From NCBI RefSeq assembly GCF_000027125.1, contig NC_017626.1: DNA of 64,000 nucleotides; one strand, 5' to 3'. The notes under the pieces are model-generated. The model saw only the letters and a program-made list of their open reading frames with translations, was not told the origin of the DNA and searched no databases. This DNA is from Escherichia coli 042 (lineage in GTDB: Bacteria > Pseudomonadota > Gammaproteobacteria > Enterobacterales > Enterobacteriaceae). Shown here in pieces: positions 10,596 through 21,400 of this stretch. Position numbers and translations under genes: made by a program. Positions within the stretch are counted from its first letter, which is position 1, and the number at the start of each line of letters is the position of its first letter.

Positions 10596-11636
10596 ATGGC
10601 TACATCGACAGTAATTCCTGATGACATCAAAACGCTAAAATCCGACGTTAGCAAATTAAAAAACGATCAAGGAAGCTACGCAACAAAATTATATGTAGAC
10701 AGCAAAGATGAAATCGTTGGTGACTGGTCTGCTTCATGGTATCAGCAGGTATTGCCAACTAGCGGAGCTATATTTGGGAGAAAACTCCGCTCAACTCACA
10801 GGACGGCAGGTGTTGAGGATGCGTATTGCGAACTATACCTCAAAAAATGGATAGACAGTCCAGGTAACGCAATGGCGCGCCTTAACCTGAACGATAACGG
10901 GACAAACATTTGCTGGGACTTTACCAACCTTTATGGCGGTACGATGATTTTTCCCGGTGACAGCGGATACCTCAAAATGGGTAACTGCCTTATGTCATAC
11001 AGCAAGCGTGGAAGTAACGCGCTTATTAAATTTGATTACACCGACACATTACAGATCAAATATGCCAATCATGGGTCAACCATGACATTAAACACACAGG
11101 GAACCGCTTATGCTGGTGTTACTGCTCAATTGTGGGGCAACACCAGCCGTCCTGTTGTTTATGAAGTCGGTGTTGATGGTGGCGCTTATATGTTCTATGC
11201 GCAGAAAAATACCGATAACACCTATATGTTAAGCGTTAATGGTGCATGTCATGCCACCGCATTTAACCAGCATTCCGACCGGGATCTGAAAGACAACATT
11301 CAGGTGATCGATAATGCAACCGACCGCATCCGTAAAATGAACGGCTATACATACACGCTTAAAGAAAACGGTATGCCCTATGCTGGTGTCATTGCACAGG
11401 AAGCTCTGGAAGCAATCCCAGAAGTTGTAGGTTCCGCAATGAAATATCAGGACGGTGCGAGCGGATCGGAAGGTGAAGAAGGTGAACGTTATTACACAGT
11501 AGATTATTCTGGTGTTACTGGCTTGCTTGTTCAGGTAGCCAGAGAGTCAGACGACAGAATAACAGCACTGGAAGAAGAAAACGCAGAATTAAGACAAAGA
11601 TTATCTGCAATTGAGGCGGCGCTTGCGTCTAAATAA
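10596..11636 (+). CDS. tail fibre/spike protein with C-terminal intramolecular chaperone (peptidase S74-like) domain
   Basis: 346 aa; GAGGAAG SD upstream; C-terminal HSDRDLKDNI motif matching the S-D-x-R-x-K-x-N-I autocleavage signature, followed by a coiled-coil tail. Confidence 0.6.
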   Translation: MATSTVIPDDIKTLKSDVSKLKNDQGSYATKLYVDSKDEIVGDWSASWYQQVLPTSGAIFGRKLRSTHRTAGVEDAYCELYLKKWIDSPGNAMARLNLNDNGTNICWDFTNLYGGTMIFPGDSGYLKMGNCLMSYSKRGSNALIKFDYTDTLQIKYANHGSTMTLNTQGTAYAGVTAQLWGNTSRPVVYEVGVDGGAYMFYAQKNTDNTYMLSVNGACHATAFNQHSDRDLKDNIQVIDNATDRIRKMNGYTYTLKENGMPYAGVIAQEALEAIPEVVGSAMKYQDGASGSEGEEGERYYTVDYSGVTGLLVQVARESDDRITALEEENAELRQRLSAIEAALASK

Positions 11637-11642
11637 TATTAA

Positions 11643-11665
11643 GGGGCCGAGCGCCCCGTTTTATT
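11643..11665 (+). terminator. hairpin plus T tract after the fibre gene
   Basis: GGGGCCGAGCGCCCCG followed by TTTTATT. Confidence 0.4.
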
Positions 11666-11678
11666 GGGTAGGATGAAA

Positions 11679-11972
11679 ATGGATATAACACCTTTCCTTC
11701 ATGCGCTTTGTGCTGTGGCTGCGCAGCTACTGATTGGTCTTTTTACCGGGAACTGGGCTTACGGGGCGATAGCCGGTTGTACGTTCTTCATTGCGCGTGA
11801 ACACACCCAGGCAGAATATCGCTGGATCGAAATGTTCGGGCATGGCAAGCGAATGAATATGCCGTGGTGGGGCGGTTTTGATCCGCGTGCATGGGATGTG
11901 GCAAGCCTGATGGATTTTGCTGTGCCGGTGGTGGCGTGTCTGCTGGTCTGGCTGTTGGTTAATCGTGGGTGA
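11679..11972 (+). CDS. small hydrophobic (probably membrane) protein, unknown function; prophage moron position
   Basis: 97 aa from the ATG with AGGA 6 nt upstream (longest frame from 11664); two to three hydrophobic segments; no known motif. Confidence 0.4.
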   Translation: MDITPFLHALCAVAAQLLIGLFTGNWAYGAIAGCTFFIAREHTQAEYRWIEMFGHGKRMNMPWWGGFDPRAWDVASLMDFAVPVVACLLVWLLVNRG

Positions 11973-12323
11973 AAAAAGGTGAGCTGTATATGCAACGGAG
12001 GAAGAAACCCCGTTGCTGGAAGCCTGGAAAAAGTATCGGATGCTGCTGAACCGTGTTGATACATCAACTGCACCTGATATTGAGTGGCCTACGAACCCTG
12101 TCAGGGAGTAATCATTGGGATTATGCCGCAGAAACGTTGTATGCAATAACGTTCTGCGGTTGGCTGATGCACTTTCGAGAGTGCATGTATTGAATTATTT
12201 CCAGCTATTATCGATTTTACGTATTTTTTGCATGAGAGAATTTGTACCTCCTCCCAACAACGACCTTCCATGACTTTCCGGACTTCTGTGGGCCAGCGGA
12301 CGATGCTGCCCTCGGATGTTGTG

Positions 12324-13181
12324 CTAATTGGGTGATGACAAATCCTGTGTATGGGTGTTTCCCTTTGTGCGTGCGTTGATGCTGGTAACGGTGAACGTCA
12401 TGATGAACACAACCGCGAATAAGACGACAATCGTCGGAGCTGGTGCACTGTCGATAAAAAAGGACAACCAGACACCAGTCATTGACACTATTACCGATAT
12501 GCCAATCGCCAGTAGGAGCGCAATATGAAAGCGTTGTGTCAGGAGTACCGCAATGGCGCCAGGCGCAATGAGCAGAGAAATGGAGAGAATGATACCTACC
12601 GCTTTCAGCGTCGCCACAATGGTCAGAGAGACCATGCACAGCAGCCCATAATGCAGACATCTCGTATGCAAACCGCTTACCTGCGCCTGTTGATAATCAA
12701 AGCTGAACAGCAAAAAATCCCGCCATTTTACGCTAATAACAAGTGTAACCAACCCGGCAATAATCACCGTCTGGATTATATCGCCGATGGTTACCCCGAG
12801 CATGTCGCCGAAAAGAATATGGTCAAGATGTACGTCTGGTTTGACTGCAATATACAAGATCAGACCTGCGGCAAACATGCCAGAAAAAACAATCCCCATC
12901 ACTGTATCTTGCTTGATTCGGCTGTTGTCTTTCAGGTATCCCGTCGCCACCGCGCAGAATACTCCGGCGACGAATGCCCCTGTAGCCAGAGGTAACCCCA
13001 GAATCCAGGCAAGCACGATGCCAGGAAAAACCGCATGACTCATCGCGTCACCCATCAGTGCCCAACCTTTCAGGACCAGAAAGACCGACAGCAGCGCACA
13101 GGGTATGGAAACTACCAGTGAAATCAGCAGTGCGTGACTCATAAAGGTGAACTGCAGTGGCTCCAGTAATAATGCCATCAT
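12324..13181 (-). CDS. sitD: Mn/Fe ABC transporter permease SitD
   Basis: 285 aa polytopic membrane protein; second of two paralogous permeases; 4-nt overlap with sitC. Confidence 0.85.
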   Translation of the reverse strand: MMALLLEPLQFTFMSHALLISLVVSIPCALLSVFLVLKGWALMGDAMSHAVFPGIVLAWILGLPLATGAFVAGVFCAVATGYLKDNSRIKQDTVMGIVFSGMFAAGLILYIAVKPDVHLDHILFGDMLGVTIGDIIQTVIIAGLVTLVISVKWRDFLLFSFDYQQAQVSGLHTRCLHYGLLCMVSLTIVATLKAVGIILSISLLIAPGAIAVLLTQRFHIALLLAIGISVIVSMTGVWLSFFIDSAPAPTIVVLFAVVFIMTFTVTSINARTKGNTHTQDLSSPN

Positions 13182-14035
13182 GAGCGATCCTCCAGCGCTT
13201 TATGCGCACGCCGACGATTTGCCAAAAGCCCATGGGTGGGCGCAAATACAAATGCTAAAAGAAACAGCAGTGTCTGCGCCACCACGATGATTCCACCTGT
13301 CGCGCCGTCCAGAAAGTAACTGACCCACGCGCCGAGGAAACTGGTTACACTGCCAATAGTTACAGCAATTATGAGCAGGCGGGGAAAATGATCGGTTAAC
13401 AACCATGCTGTTGCACCGGGAGTCACCACCAGACAGATCACCAGAAAGGCACCAACCGTTTGCAGCGCCGCAACGGTCGAAACCGACAGCAGGGTGAAGA
13501 AGAGGATTTTTAATCTGCCCGGATGCAATCCAATAGCACGAGCGTGATTCTCGTCGAAAAAGGTCACCATAAGATCTTTCCATTTGAAAAAAAGCACGAT
13601 GATCGAGAGAATGCCAATGATAGTGAGTTGCAGGATATCCGCCGGATCGATTGCCAGAATATTGCCCAGGACGATGGTCTGAATGTTCACGGATGTCGGG
13701 TTCAATGACACCATAAACAGCCCCAGGCCAAAAAAGGAGGAGAAGATCAGGCCGATGATGGCATCTTCTTTTAAGCGAGTGCGTTGGTTAAGAAACAGCA
13801 TGCTGCCCGCTGCCAGTCCGCCGGAAAAGAAGGCTCCCAGAGAAAACGGAAGCCCCAGCATATATGCCCCCGCAACACCCGGGACAATAGAGTGCGACAG
13901 CGCATCGCCAATCAGCGACCAGCCTTTTAGCATCAGATAGCATGACAGGAAAGCGCAGAGACCGCCGACCATCGCCGAGACCCACATCGCATTGAGCATA
14001 TATTCATAGCTGAAGGGTTCCAGTAGCACGTTCAT
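13178..14035 (-). CDS. sitC: Mn/Fe ABC transporter permease SitC
   Basis: 285 aa, ABC-3 type permease; overlaps sitB and sitD ends. Confidence 0.85.
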   Translation of the reverse strand: MNVLLEPFSYEYMLNAMWVSAMVGGLCAFLSCYLMLKGWSLIGDALSHSIVPGVAGAYMLGLPFSLGAFFSGGLAAGSMLFLNQRTRLKEDAIIGLIFSSFFGLGLFMVSLNPTSVNIQTIVLGNILAIDPADILQLTIIGILSIIVLFFKWKDLMVTFFDENHARAIGLHPGRLKILFFTLLSVSTVAALQTVGAFLVICLVVTPGATAWLLTDHFPRLLIIAVTIGSVTSFLGAWVSYFLDGATGGIIVVAQTLLFLLAFVFAPTHGLLANRRRAHKALEDRS

Positions 14036-14859
14036 CTTGCTTCCCCCTGCACCGCTGACGGTCGATGTGCCACAAAAGGGTGTTCATCGTCAGTAATAAT
14101 GCTTTCTTCCGAGCCGTTAAGTGTGACATGGCGCAGTACGCCGCTAAAAGCCAGCTCCAGGTTCTCGGCTGTAAAAGTGGTGTCTGTCGGCCCGCTTGCC
14201 AGGACGGTGCCTTTGACCATGACCGTATAATCGCAAAATGTCGTGACTGAGCCGAGATTGTGCGTTGAGACAAGCATCGTCTTGCCTTCCGCGCGTAACT
14301 CCCTCAACAGGCTGATGATTTTCGCTTCGGTTTTCACATCAACGCCGGTAAAAGGTTCATCCAGCAGGATCACATCACCCTGCTGTGCAATCGCTCTCGC
14401 CAGAAAGACGCGTTTCTTTTGTCCACCGGAAAGCTCGCCGATTTGTCGATGGCGAAAATCCACCATATCGACACGTTCCAGCGCATCGGTGACAATCTGA
14501 CGATCCCTCTTTTTGGCTATACGCAACATACCCATGTGCCCATAGCGGCCCATCATCACCACATCTTCCACTAGTACAGGAAATGACCAGTCAACCTCTT
14601 CTGACTGAGGGACGTAGGCAACCAGGTTTTTCTGTAGCGCCTGTCGCGTGGGAATACCCAGAACAGATATCTTTCCGCTGGTCAGACGGACAAATCCCAT
14701 AATCGCTTTAAACAACGTCGATTTTCCGGAACCGTTTACCCCAACCAGAGCGGCAATAGATCCACTTGGTACTGTGAAGGATGCATCGCGCAGTGCTGTG
14801 TGCCCGTTACGCCAGGTGACAGTAACATCATTAACGACAATGCCCGCAGATTGCATCAT
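14032..14859 (-). CDS. sitB: Mn/Fe ABC transporter ATP-binding protein SitB
   Basis: 275 aa; Walker [13 protein letters not shown] signature LSGGQKKR, Walker B ILLDEP. Confidence 0.9.
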   Translation of the reverse strand: MMQSAGIVVNDVTVTWRNGHTALRDASFTVPSGSIAALVGVNGSGKSTLFKAIMGFVRLTSGKISVLGIPTRQALQKNLVAYVPQSEEVDWSFPVLVEDVVMMGRYGHMGMLRIAKKRDRQIVTDALERVDMVDFRHRQIGELSGGQKKRVFLARAIAQQGDVILLDEPFTGVDVKTEAKIISLLRELRAEGKTMLVSTHNLGSVTTFCDYTVMVKGTVLASGPTDTTFTAENLELAFSGVLRHVTLNGSEESIITDDEHPFVAHRPSAVQGEAR

Positions 14860-15773
14860 TATTTCTCCCTTTTCCCGGCTTTAATTCCCTGTACCAGCGT
14901 ACTGGTAGTAACCTTCAGAAGGTCGATATACGTAGGTACCGGGCCGTTTTCTGTGCTCAGGGAATCGACATAGAGTACACCGCCGTAGTGCGCGCCGGTT
15001 TCACGCGCAACCTGACGCGCTGGTTTATCGGAAATCGTACTCTCGCTAAAGACTGCCGGGATATGATTTTTCTTCACCATATCAACAACCTTACGTACCT
15101 GCTGCGGCGTGCCTTGTTGATCGGCATTAATCGGCCACAGATAAAGCTCTTTTAGCCCCAAATCGCGTGCGAGATAAGAAAAAGCCCCTTCACTGGTGAC
15201 CATCCATCGCTGATTCTCAGGGAGTTCAGCAATCTGCTTACGCAGGGGGGCAAGGGTTTGGGTAATCTTGGCTTTATAAGTATCGGCATTACGTTGGTAG
15301 GTTTGTGCATTTGCCGGATCGTATTTTATCAACGCATCACGAATATTATCGACATAAATCAGAGCATTATCTGGCGACATCCAGGCATGGGGGTTAGGTT
15401 TGCCCTCATAGGGTCCTTCGGTGATCCCTACTGGCGTCACACCCGAAGAGACAATTACTTCTGGAACCCCATTGAGATGTTGGTAAAAGCGTTGGAACCA
15501 CAATTCCAGATTCATACCATTGGCGAGAATCAGTTGTGCCCCCTGCGCACGTTTAATATCTCCAGGGGTAGGCTGATACTCATGAATTTCTGCACCAGGC
15601 TTGGTTATGGATGAGACTTCTGCAGCATCTCCAGCCACGTTTTTGGCCATATCCGCGATGATGGTAAATGTTGTAATGACCTTGAATTTTTCAGTTGCAC
15701 TTGCCTGAAATGCGATCGAGCAGGTGAGGGCGAGGCACCCCAAGAGCATGGTTACTTTTTTTATTGAGTGCAT
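14859..15773 (-). CDS. sitA: periplasmic Mn/Fe-binding protein SitA (cluster 9 / TroA-like)
   Basis: 304 aa with signal peptide; first gene of a four-gene co-directional operon. Confidence 0.85.
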   Translation of the reverse strand: MHSIKKVTMLLGCLALTCSIAFQASATEKFKVITTFTIIADMAKNVAGDAAEVSSITKPGAEIHEYQPTPGDIKRAQGAQLILANGMNLELWFQRFYQHLNGVPEVIVSSGVTPVGITEGPYEGKPNPHAWMSPDNALIYVDNIRDALIKYDPANAQTYQRNADTYKAKITQTLAPLRKQIAELPENQRWMVTSEGAFSYLARDLGLKELYLWPINADQQGTPQQVRKVVDMVKKNHIPAVFSESTISDKPARQVARETGAHYGGVLYVDSLSTENGPVPTYIDLLKVTTSTLVQGIKAGKREK

Positions 15774-15804
15774 AATTTAGTACCTATAGTGAGCAAAATT
15801 AGAA

Positions 15805-15828
15805 AAAACATAGCAACAGCTATGTTTT
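15805..15828 (-). promoter_or_regulatory. MntR-type operator upstream of sitA
   Basis: Palindrome AAAACATAGC-AACA-GCTATGTTTT, 32-55 bp upstream of the sitA start; matches the recalled E. coli MntR box (AAACATAGC...GCTATGTTT). Confidence 0.6.
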
Positions 15829-15849
15829 ATAGCATAAGCCATGCAAAAT

Positions 15850-15868
15850 GAAAATGATTATCATTAGC
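15850..15868 (-). promoter_or_regulatory. Fur box-like site upstream of sitA
   Basis: GAAAATGATTATCATTAGC resembles the Fur consensus GATAATGATAATCATTATC, ~80-95 bp upstream of sitA. Confidence 0.5.
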
Positions 15869-15981
15869 GGTTGTGGGCCCAACACAGGGATTAGGTTGTT
15901 TCCTGCTGGCGATGTGGTATTGAGGAAAAAATTAGGGCAGCTATTAGGCTTTGAAATGACTTTATGAGGAGAATTGTTGAT

Positions 15982-16032
15982 GGCAAAAATGGGGCAAAGC
16001 GCTGCAAAAGGGGCAAAAAAGGGGCAAAAAAA
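15982..16032 (+). repeat. short tandem GGGGCAAA(A) repeats (4-5 copies)
   Basis: GGCAAAAA, GGGGCAAAG, GGGGCAAAAAA, GGGGCAAAAAAA in tandem; overlap a 22-codon Lys-rich mini-ORF (15980-16048) with a GAGGA SD 9 nt upstream. Confidence 0.4.
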
Positions 16033-16331
16033 GAGTGGGTTATCGTAGCTTATTGTTGTCGCTGATGATGTTTAACACATTGAAAAATAAGTAAAATACT
16101 TATGAGTCAGAGAGTTGTGATTTTTGCCCTTACTTGTTCAGATTGTATTGTTCTTTCTTACTAATTTCTTGATTTTGCGACATTTAAAAGCGACTCAATT
16201 CGTTATATGGCATCAGAAGAGTATGCGTCATGCCGGAAAGCCCAGCATAAGAAATCTGATATAAAAACTGTGGCGTGTATGGTACGGATTAGAGGGGAAA
16301 ATGTCAGCACATTTGCGAAATGAATCAAAAA

Positions 16332-16351
16332 GCCCGCAGCAATGTGCGGGC
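16332..16351 (-). terminator. hairpin immediately downstream of uspF
   Basis: GCCCGCA-CATTGC-TGCGGGC on the minus strand followed by TTTTTGATT. Confidence 0.5.
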
Positions 16352-16358
16352 GTTAGTG

Positions 16359-16874
<516 letters not shown>

Positions 16875-16933
16875 TTAGATCAAAGGAGGAAGAATAAGCA
16901 GAAAAAGCCCGCCATAACAGCGGGCAGGAGGAT

Positions 16934-18067
16934 TTAGAACTGATAAACCAGACCTAAAGCGACAATATCATCGGTAGAGATGCCGTTGGCAGCGTAGAAG
17001 CTGTCATCTTCATCCAACAGGTTGATTTTATAGTCAACATAGGTGGACATGTTTTTATTGAAATAGTAAGTCGCGCCAACATCGGCGTATTTAACCAGAT
17101 CTTTATCATCAACACCTGCCGGGTTGTCTGCACCACCGGCAGCGTGCAGGTCACGGCCTTTAGACATCAGGAAAGAGACTGCCGGACGCAGACCAAAATC
17201 AAACTGGTACTGTGCAGTAACTTCAAAGTTCTGGGTTTTGTTTGCAACAGCATAATCGCTGTCGCCAAACGGGGTCATATTACGCGTTTCTGAATACATG
17301 GTTGCCAGGTAAATATTGTTAGCATCGTATTTTAGCCCAGCAGTCCACGCGTCTGCTTTATCACCACCCGCCGCAGTATGGTTAACCTGGTCATTGGTGC
17401 GGTCAGAAGAGGTGTATGCCGCACCAGCGCTAAAGCCCATGCCTAAATCATATGTTGTGGAAAGACCCCAGCCGTCACCGTTTTCATGGCGAACATCACG
17501 TCCGTTGTTGGTGCCTTCCTGACCATTACTGGCACCTTCGTTGTTACCTTGATACTGCACCGCGAAGTTCAGACCATTTACCAGACCGAAGAAATCAGTA
17601 TTACGATAAGTCGCGACGCCATTGGCACGACCAGTCATAAAGTTGTCTGCATTGGTATAAGAGTCACCGCCAAATTCAGGCAGCATATCGGTCCAGCCTT
17701 CGATGTCGTACATTACGCCATAATTACGTCCGTAATCGAAAGAACCGTAATCTGCAAATTTCAATCCGGCAAATGCCAGACGGGTCCATGACTGGTTTTT
17801 TGAGGATTCAGTGTTGTTTGCCTGAATATTGTATTCCCATTGACCGTAGCCAGTGAGTTGATCGTTAATTTGCGTTTCGCCTTTAAAACCCAGACGCGCA
17901 TAGCTCTGGTCGCCATCTTTCGCTGAATTATCAGAAAAATAATGCAGGCCATCAACTTTGCCATACAGATCTAATTTGTTGCCGTCTTTATTATAAACTT
18001 CGGCTGCATGTGCAGCACCTGCGGCGAGCAGGGCAGGAATTAAAAGTGCCAGTACTTTGCTTTTCAT
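16934..18067 (-). CDS. ompN: outer membrane porin OmpN
   Basis: 377 aa general porin (OmpC/F family); signal peptide; C-terminal ...LVYQF. Confidence 0.85.
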   Translation of the reverse strand: MKSKVLALLIPALLAAGAAHAAEVYNKDGNKLDLYGKVDGLHYFSDNSAKDGDQSYARLGFKGETQINDQLTGYGQWEYNIQANNTESSKNQSWTRLAFAGLKFADYGSFDYGRNYGVMYDIEGWTDMLPEFGGDSYTNADNFMTGRANGVATYRNTDFFGLVNGLNFAVQYQGNNEGASNGQEGTNNGRDVRHENGDGWGLSTTYDLGMGFSAGAAYTSSDRTNDQVNHTAAGGDKADAWTAGLKYDANNIYLATMYSETRNMTPFGDSDYAVANKTQNFEVTAQYQFDFGLRPAVSFLMSKGRDLHAAGGADNPAGVDDKDLVKYADVGATYYFNKNMSTYVDYKINLLDEDDSFYAANGISTDDIVALGLVYQF

Positions 18068-18294
18068 TGAATAAATCCTTTAGTTATTTTATTTGCCTTT
18101 TATCCCCATTTCGGGGAGTGAAAACATCCTAAAGGAGATGTTCAGTTAGCCGATAAATATCATTTGTTACGCCTTAAGTAAAACCTTAATCAAATAATTC
18201 TTCTGAAATGATAATAAGTCTGGTGAATGTATTGGAGATAATACATACAAAATAAAAATTATACTTTTAATTTGCTATACGTTATTCTGCGCGG

Positions 18295-18404
18295 GTTATA
18301 TGCCTTTATTGTCACAGATTTTATTTTCTGTTGGGCCATTGCATTGCCACTGATTTTCCAACATATAAAAAGACAAGCCCGAACAGTCGTTCGGGCTTTT
18401 TTTT
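18295..18404 (+). ncRNA. micC: MicC small regulatory RNA
   Basis: Sequence GTTATATGCCTTTATTGTCACAG...GCCCGAACAGTCGTTCGGGCTTTTTTTT matches the recalled MicC; terminator hairpin plus T-run; located between ompN and ydbK as in K-12. Confidence 0.8.
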
Positions 18405-18432
18405 AGAATTGGATAATTCTTATCCAGAGCAT

Positions 18433-21400
18433 TTAATCGGTGTTGCTTTTTTCCGCTTTTCCGGCCATTTGTGCCAGGAAGTCATAGCGTTTTTGCAAAT
18501 CAGCTGCAGCATCTTTCCATAACTGTTCTGCCACTTCTGGCTGCTGCGAATTCAGACGACGGAAACGTTGCTCATGCAGTAACGTTTCTTCCAGTGCTTC
18601 TGACGGCGGGCGTGAATCCAGTGCCAGCGGCAGTTTGCCTTCATCGGCTCGACGTGGATCGAAGCGATATAGCGGCCAGAAGCCGGTGGCAGTGAGTTGG
18701 CGCATCTGGTCGTGACTGAGTGCCAGATCGTAACCATGCTCTTCACACGGGCTATAAGCGATGATCAGCGATGGTCCCGGATACGCTTCTGCTTCCTGAA
18801 TCGCTTTCACTGTCTGGTTCAGCTGTGCACCAAGAGAAATTTGCGCCACATAAACATGACCGTACATCATCATACTGACGCCAAGATCTTTACGCGCTTT
18901 ACGTTTGCCATGCTCGCCAAACTTAGTTACTGCACCCAGCGGTGTCGCTTTCGACGCCTGACCACCGGTGTTGGAATAGCATTGCGTATCCAGCACCAGA
19001 ATGTTGACGTTTTCCGTCAAACTCAATACATGATCCAGACCGCCAAAGCCGATATCGTAAGCCCAGCCGTCGCCACCAATCAGCCAGATTGATTTTTCCA
19101 CCAGTGCATCTGCGTCACGTAGCAGTTCATGTGCTTCGGCAACATCTTTGAGTTGCTGGCGTAAAGCTGCAACCTGTTCACGACGAACCTCTGGCGTGGC
19201 GTCTGATTTCAACGCAGTCAGTAATTCCGCCGGGATTTTATCGGCAAATTGATCCAGCAGACGCAGCACGCGGACACGGTGTTGATCGACCGTCAGGCGG
19301 AAACCAAGGCCAAATTCGGCGTTATCTTCAAACAGCGAGTTCGCCCATGCCGGTCCACGACCGTTGGCATCGGTAGTATACGGTGTAGAGGGCAGGTTAC
19401 CGCCATAAATTGAAGAACATCCGGTGGCGTTAGCGATCAACATTCGGTCGCCATAGAGCTGAGTCAGCAATTTAATATACGGCGTCTCGCCACAACCGGA
19501 GCAAGCACCTGAATATTCAAACAGCGGTGTAATCAGCTGCGATGTACGAATATCAATACGTTCCAGTTTGCTACGGTCGATTTCTGGGAGGTTGAGGAAG
19601 AAATCGTAATTGATTTTCTCTTCTTCGACATGTTCCAGGCGCGACATCATATTGATGGCTTTGATCTCTGGATTCTGACGGTCTTTCGCCGGGCAAACTT
19701 CGACGCACAGGTTACAGCCGGTGCAATCTTCCGGTGCCACCTGCAAGACATATTTCTGCCCGCGCATATCACGCGATTTCACATCCAGCGAATGCAGGCT
19801 GGCAGGGGCGTTTTCCATCGCTTCAGGCGGTACCACTTTTGCGCGAATAGCGGAGTGTGGGCAAGCAGCGACGCAGTGGTTACATTGGGTACAGAGTTCC
19901 TCTTTCCAGATGGGGATCTCTTCGGCGATATTGCGTTTTTCCCAGCGCGTAGTGCCCATCGGCCAGGTGCCGTCTGGCGGCAGCGCCGAAACGGGGAGGG
20001 CATCACCAAGCCCGGCGAGCATCGCCGCGGTTACGGTTTTCACGAAATCAGGGGCGGCATCGGAAACCACTGGCGGTCGATTGGCGCTGTGCGGATTTAC
20101 TGGTTGCAGCGGAACTTCTTCTACGGATTCACGTGCCAGCGCCAGAGCCTGCCAGTTGCGTTCCACCAGATCCTGACCTTTGCTACTGTAACTTTTGGCA
20201 ATCGCACCCTGCAATTCTGCGAGGGCGCTATCGCCAGGCAGAATTTGCGTAAGATGGAAAAAAGCCATCTGCATGACGGTATTAATACGGGCTGCCAGGC
20301 CACATTCGCGGGCGATTTTCGCCGCGTTAATCACATAGAAGCGCGCTTTTTTCTGGTTTAACACGGCCTGAACTTCCTGCGGCAAGCGCGACCATACTTC
20401 ATCTGCGCTGTACGGCGTGTTGAGCAGGAAAATGCCGCCAGGTTTTAAACGTTCAGCCATCTGATATTTATCGATAAACTGCAACTGGTGGCAGCCAACA
20501 AAATCAGCCTGGGAAATGAGATAAGCGGAACGAATCGGCTGCTCACTCACGCGAAGGTGAGAAACCGTCAGGCCGCCCGCCTTTTTGGAGTCGTAAACAA
20601 AATAGCCCTGTGCGTACCACGGCGTGGAATTACCGATAATCTTGATATTGTTTTTGGTCGCGGAAACGCTGCCATCACTACCAAGGCCATAAAACAAGGC
20701 TTCAAGTTTCGCCGAGTTTGGCAGGGTGTTTTCCGGCAACGGTAGTGACAGATTGGTCACATCATCATAAATACCAACCGTAAAGCGCGCTTTCGGTTTA
20801 GCCGCGTTGAGCTCGGCAAATACCGCCAGTACACAGTCCGGGCCAAATTCTTTGGATGAAAGACCATAGCGCCCACCAATGACACGGGGCAGGGTTTCGC
20901 GCTCGCCATTATTAAAGGCTTCTGCCAGTGCAGTCATCACATCCAGATAGAGCGGTTCTGCCTGGGCACCGGGTTCTTTGGTTCTGTCCAGTACCGCCAC
21001 GCTGCGTACGGATCCCGGTAGAGCTTGTAGCAAGTGTTTGGCGGAGAAGGGACGGTACAGGCGAACTTTCAGCACGCCGACTTTTTCGCCACGGGTTAGC
21101 AATTCATCAACCACTTCTTCACAGGTGCCAATGGCAGAGCCCATCAGGATAATCACCCGTTCCGCTTGCGGATGCCCGTAATACTCAAACGGCTGATACT
21201 GACGACCTGTCGCGGCAGCGAAATCATTCATCGCCTGTTCAACATGGTCGTAAACTGCGTTGTACCACGGGTTGGTGGCTTCACGTGACTGGAAGTAGGT
21301 GTCCGGGTTAGCCGAGGTACCGCGAATCACCGGATGCTCCGGATTCAGCGCGCGGGCGCGATGAGCATCAATTTCGGCCTGCGGCATCAGTTCCAGAATC

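Noticed and set aside
11973-12323. tRNA gene or att core at the prophage/cargo junction
   Set aside because: I saw no cloverleaf-like inverted repeat pattern or tRNA-like GTTC...GAAC motif by eye here or in 15774-16358; cannot be excluded without a tRNA scan.
12217-12660. 147-aa minus-strand ORF and 12328-12995 plus-strand ORFs overlapping sitD
   Set aside because: Out-of-frame overlaps with a well-supported permease gene; no SD or motifs.
12324-15773. Alternative reading of the transporter as znuACB
   Set aside because: The znu locus has one permease and a divergently transcribed binding-protein gene; here four co-oriented genes with two paralogous permeases and an MntR palindrome fit sitABCD.
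19630-20361. Several 60-240-aa ORFs antisense to or overlapping ydbK
   Set aside because: ydbK is a continuous 1174-aa PFOR with Fe-S motifs; the overlapping frames lack starts with SD and are typical high-GC artefacts.
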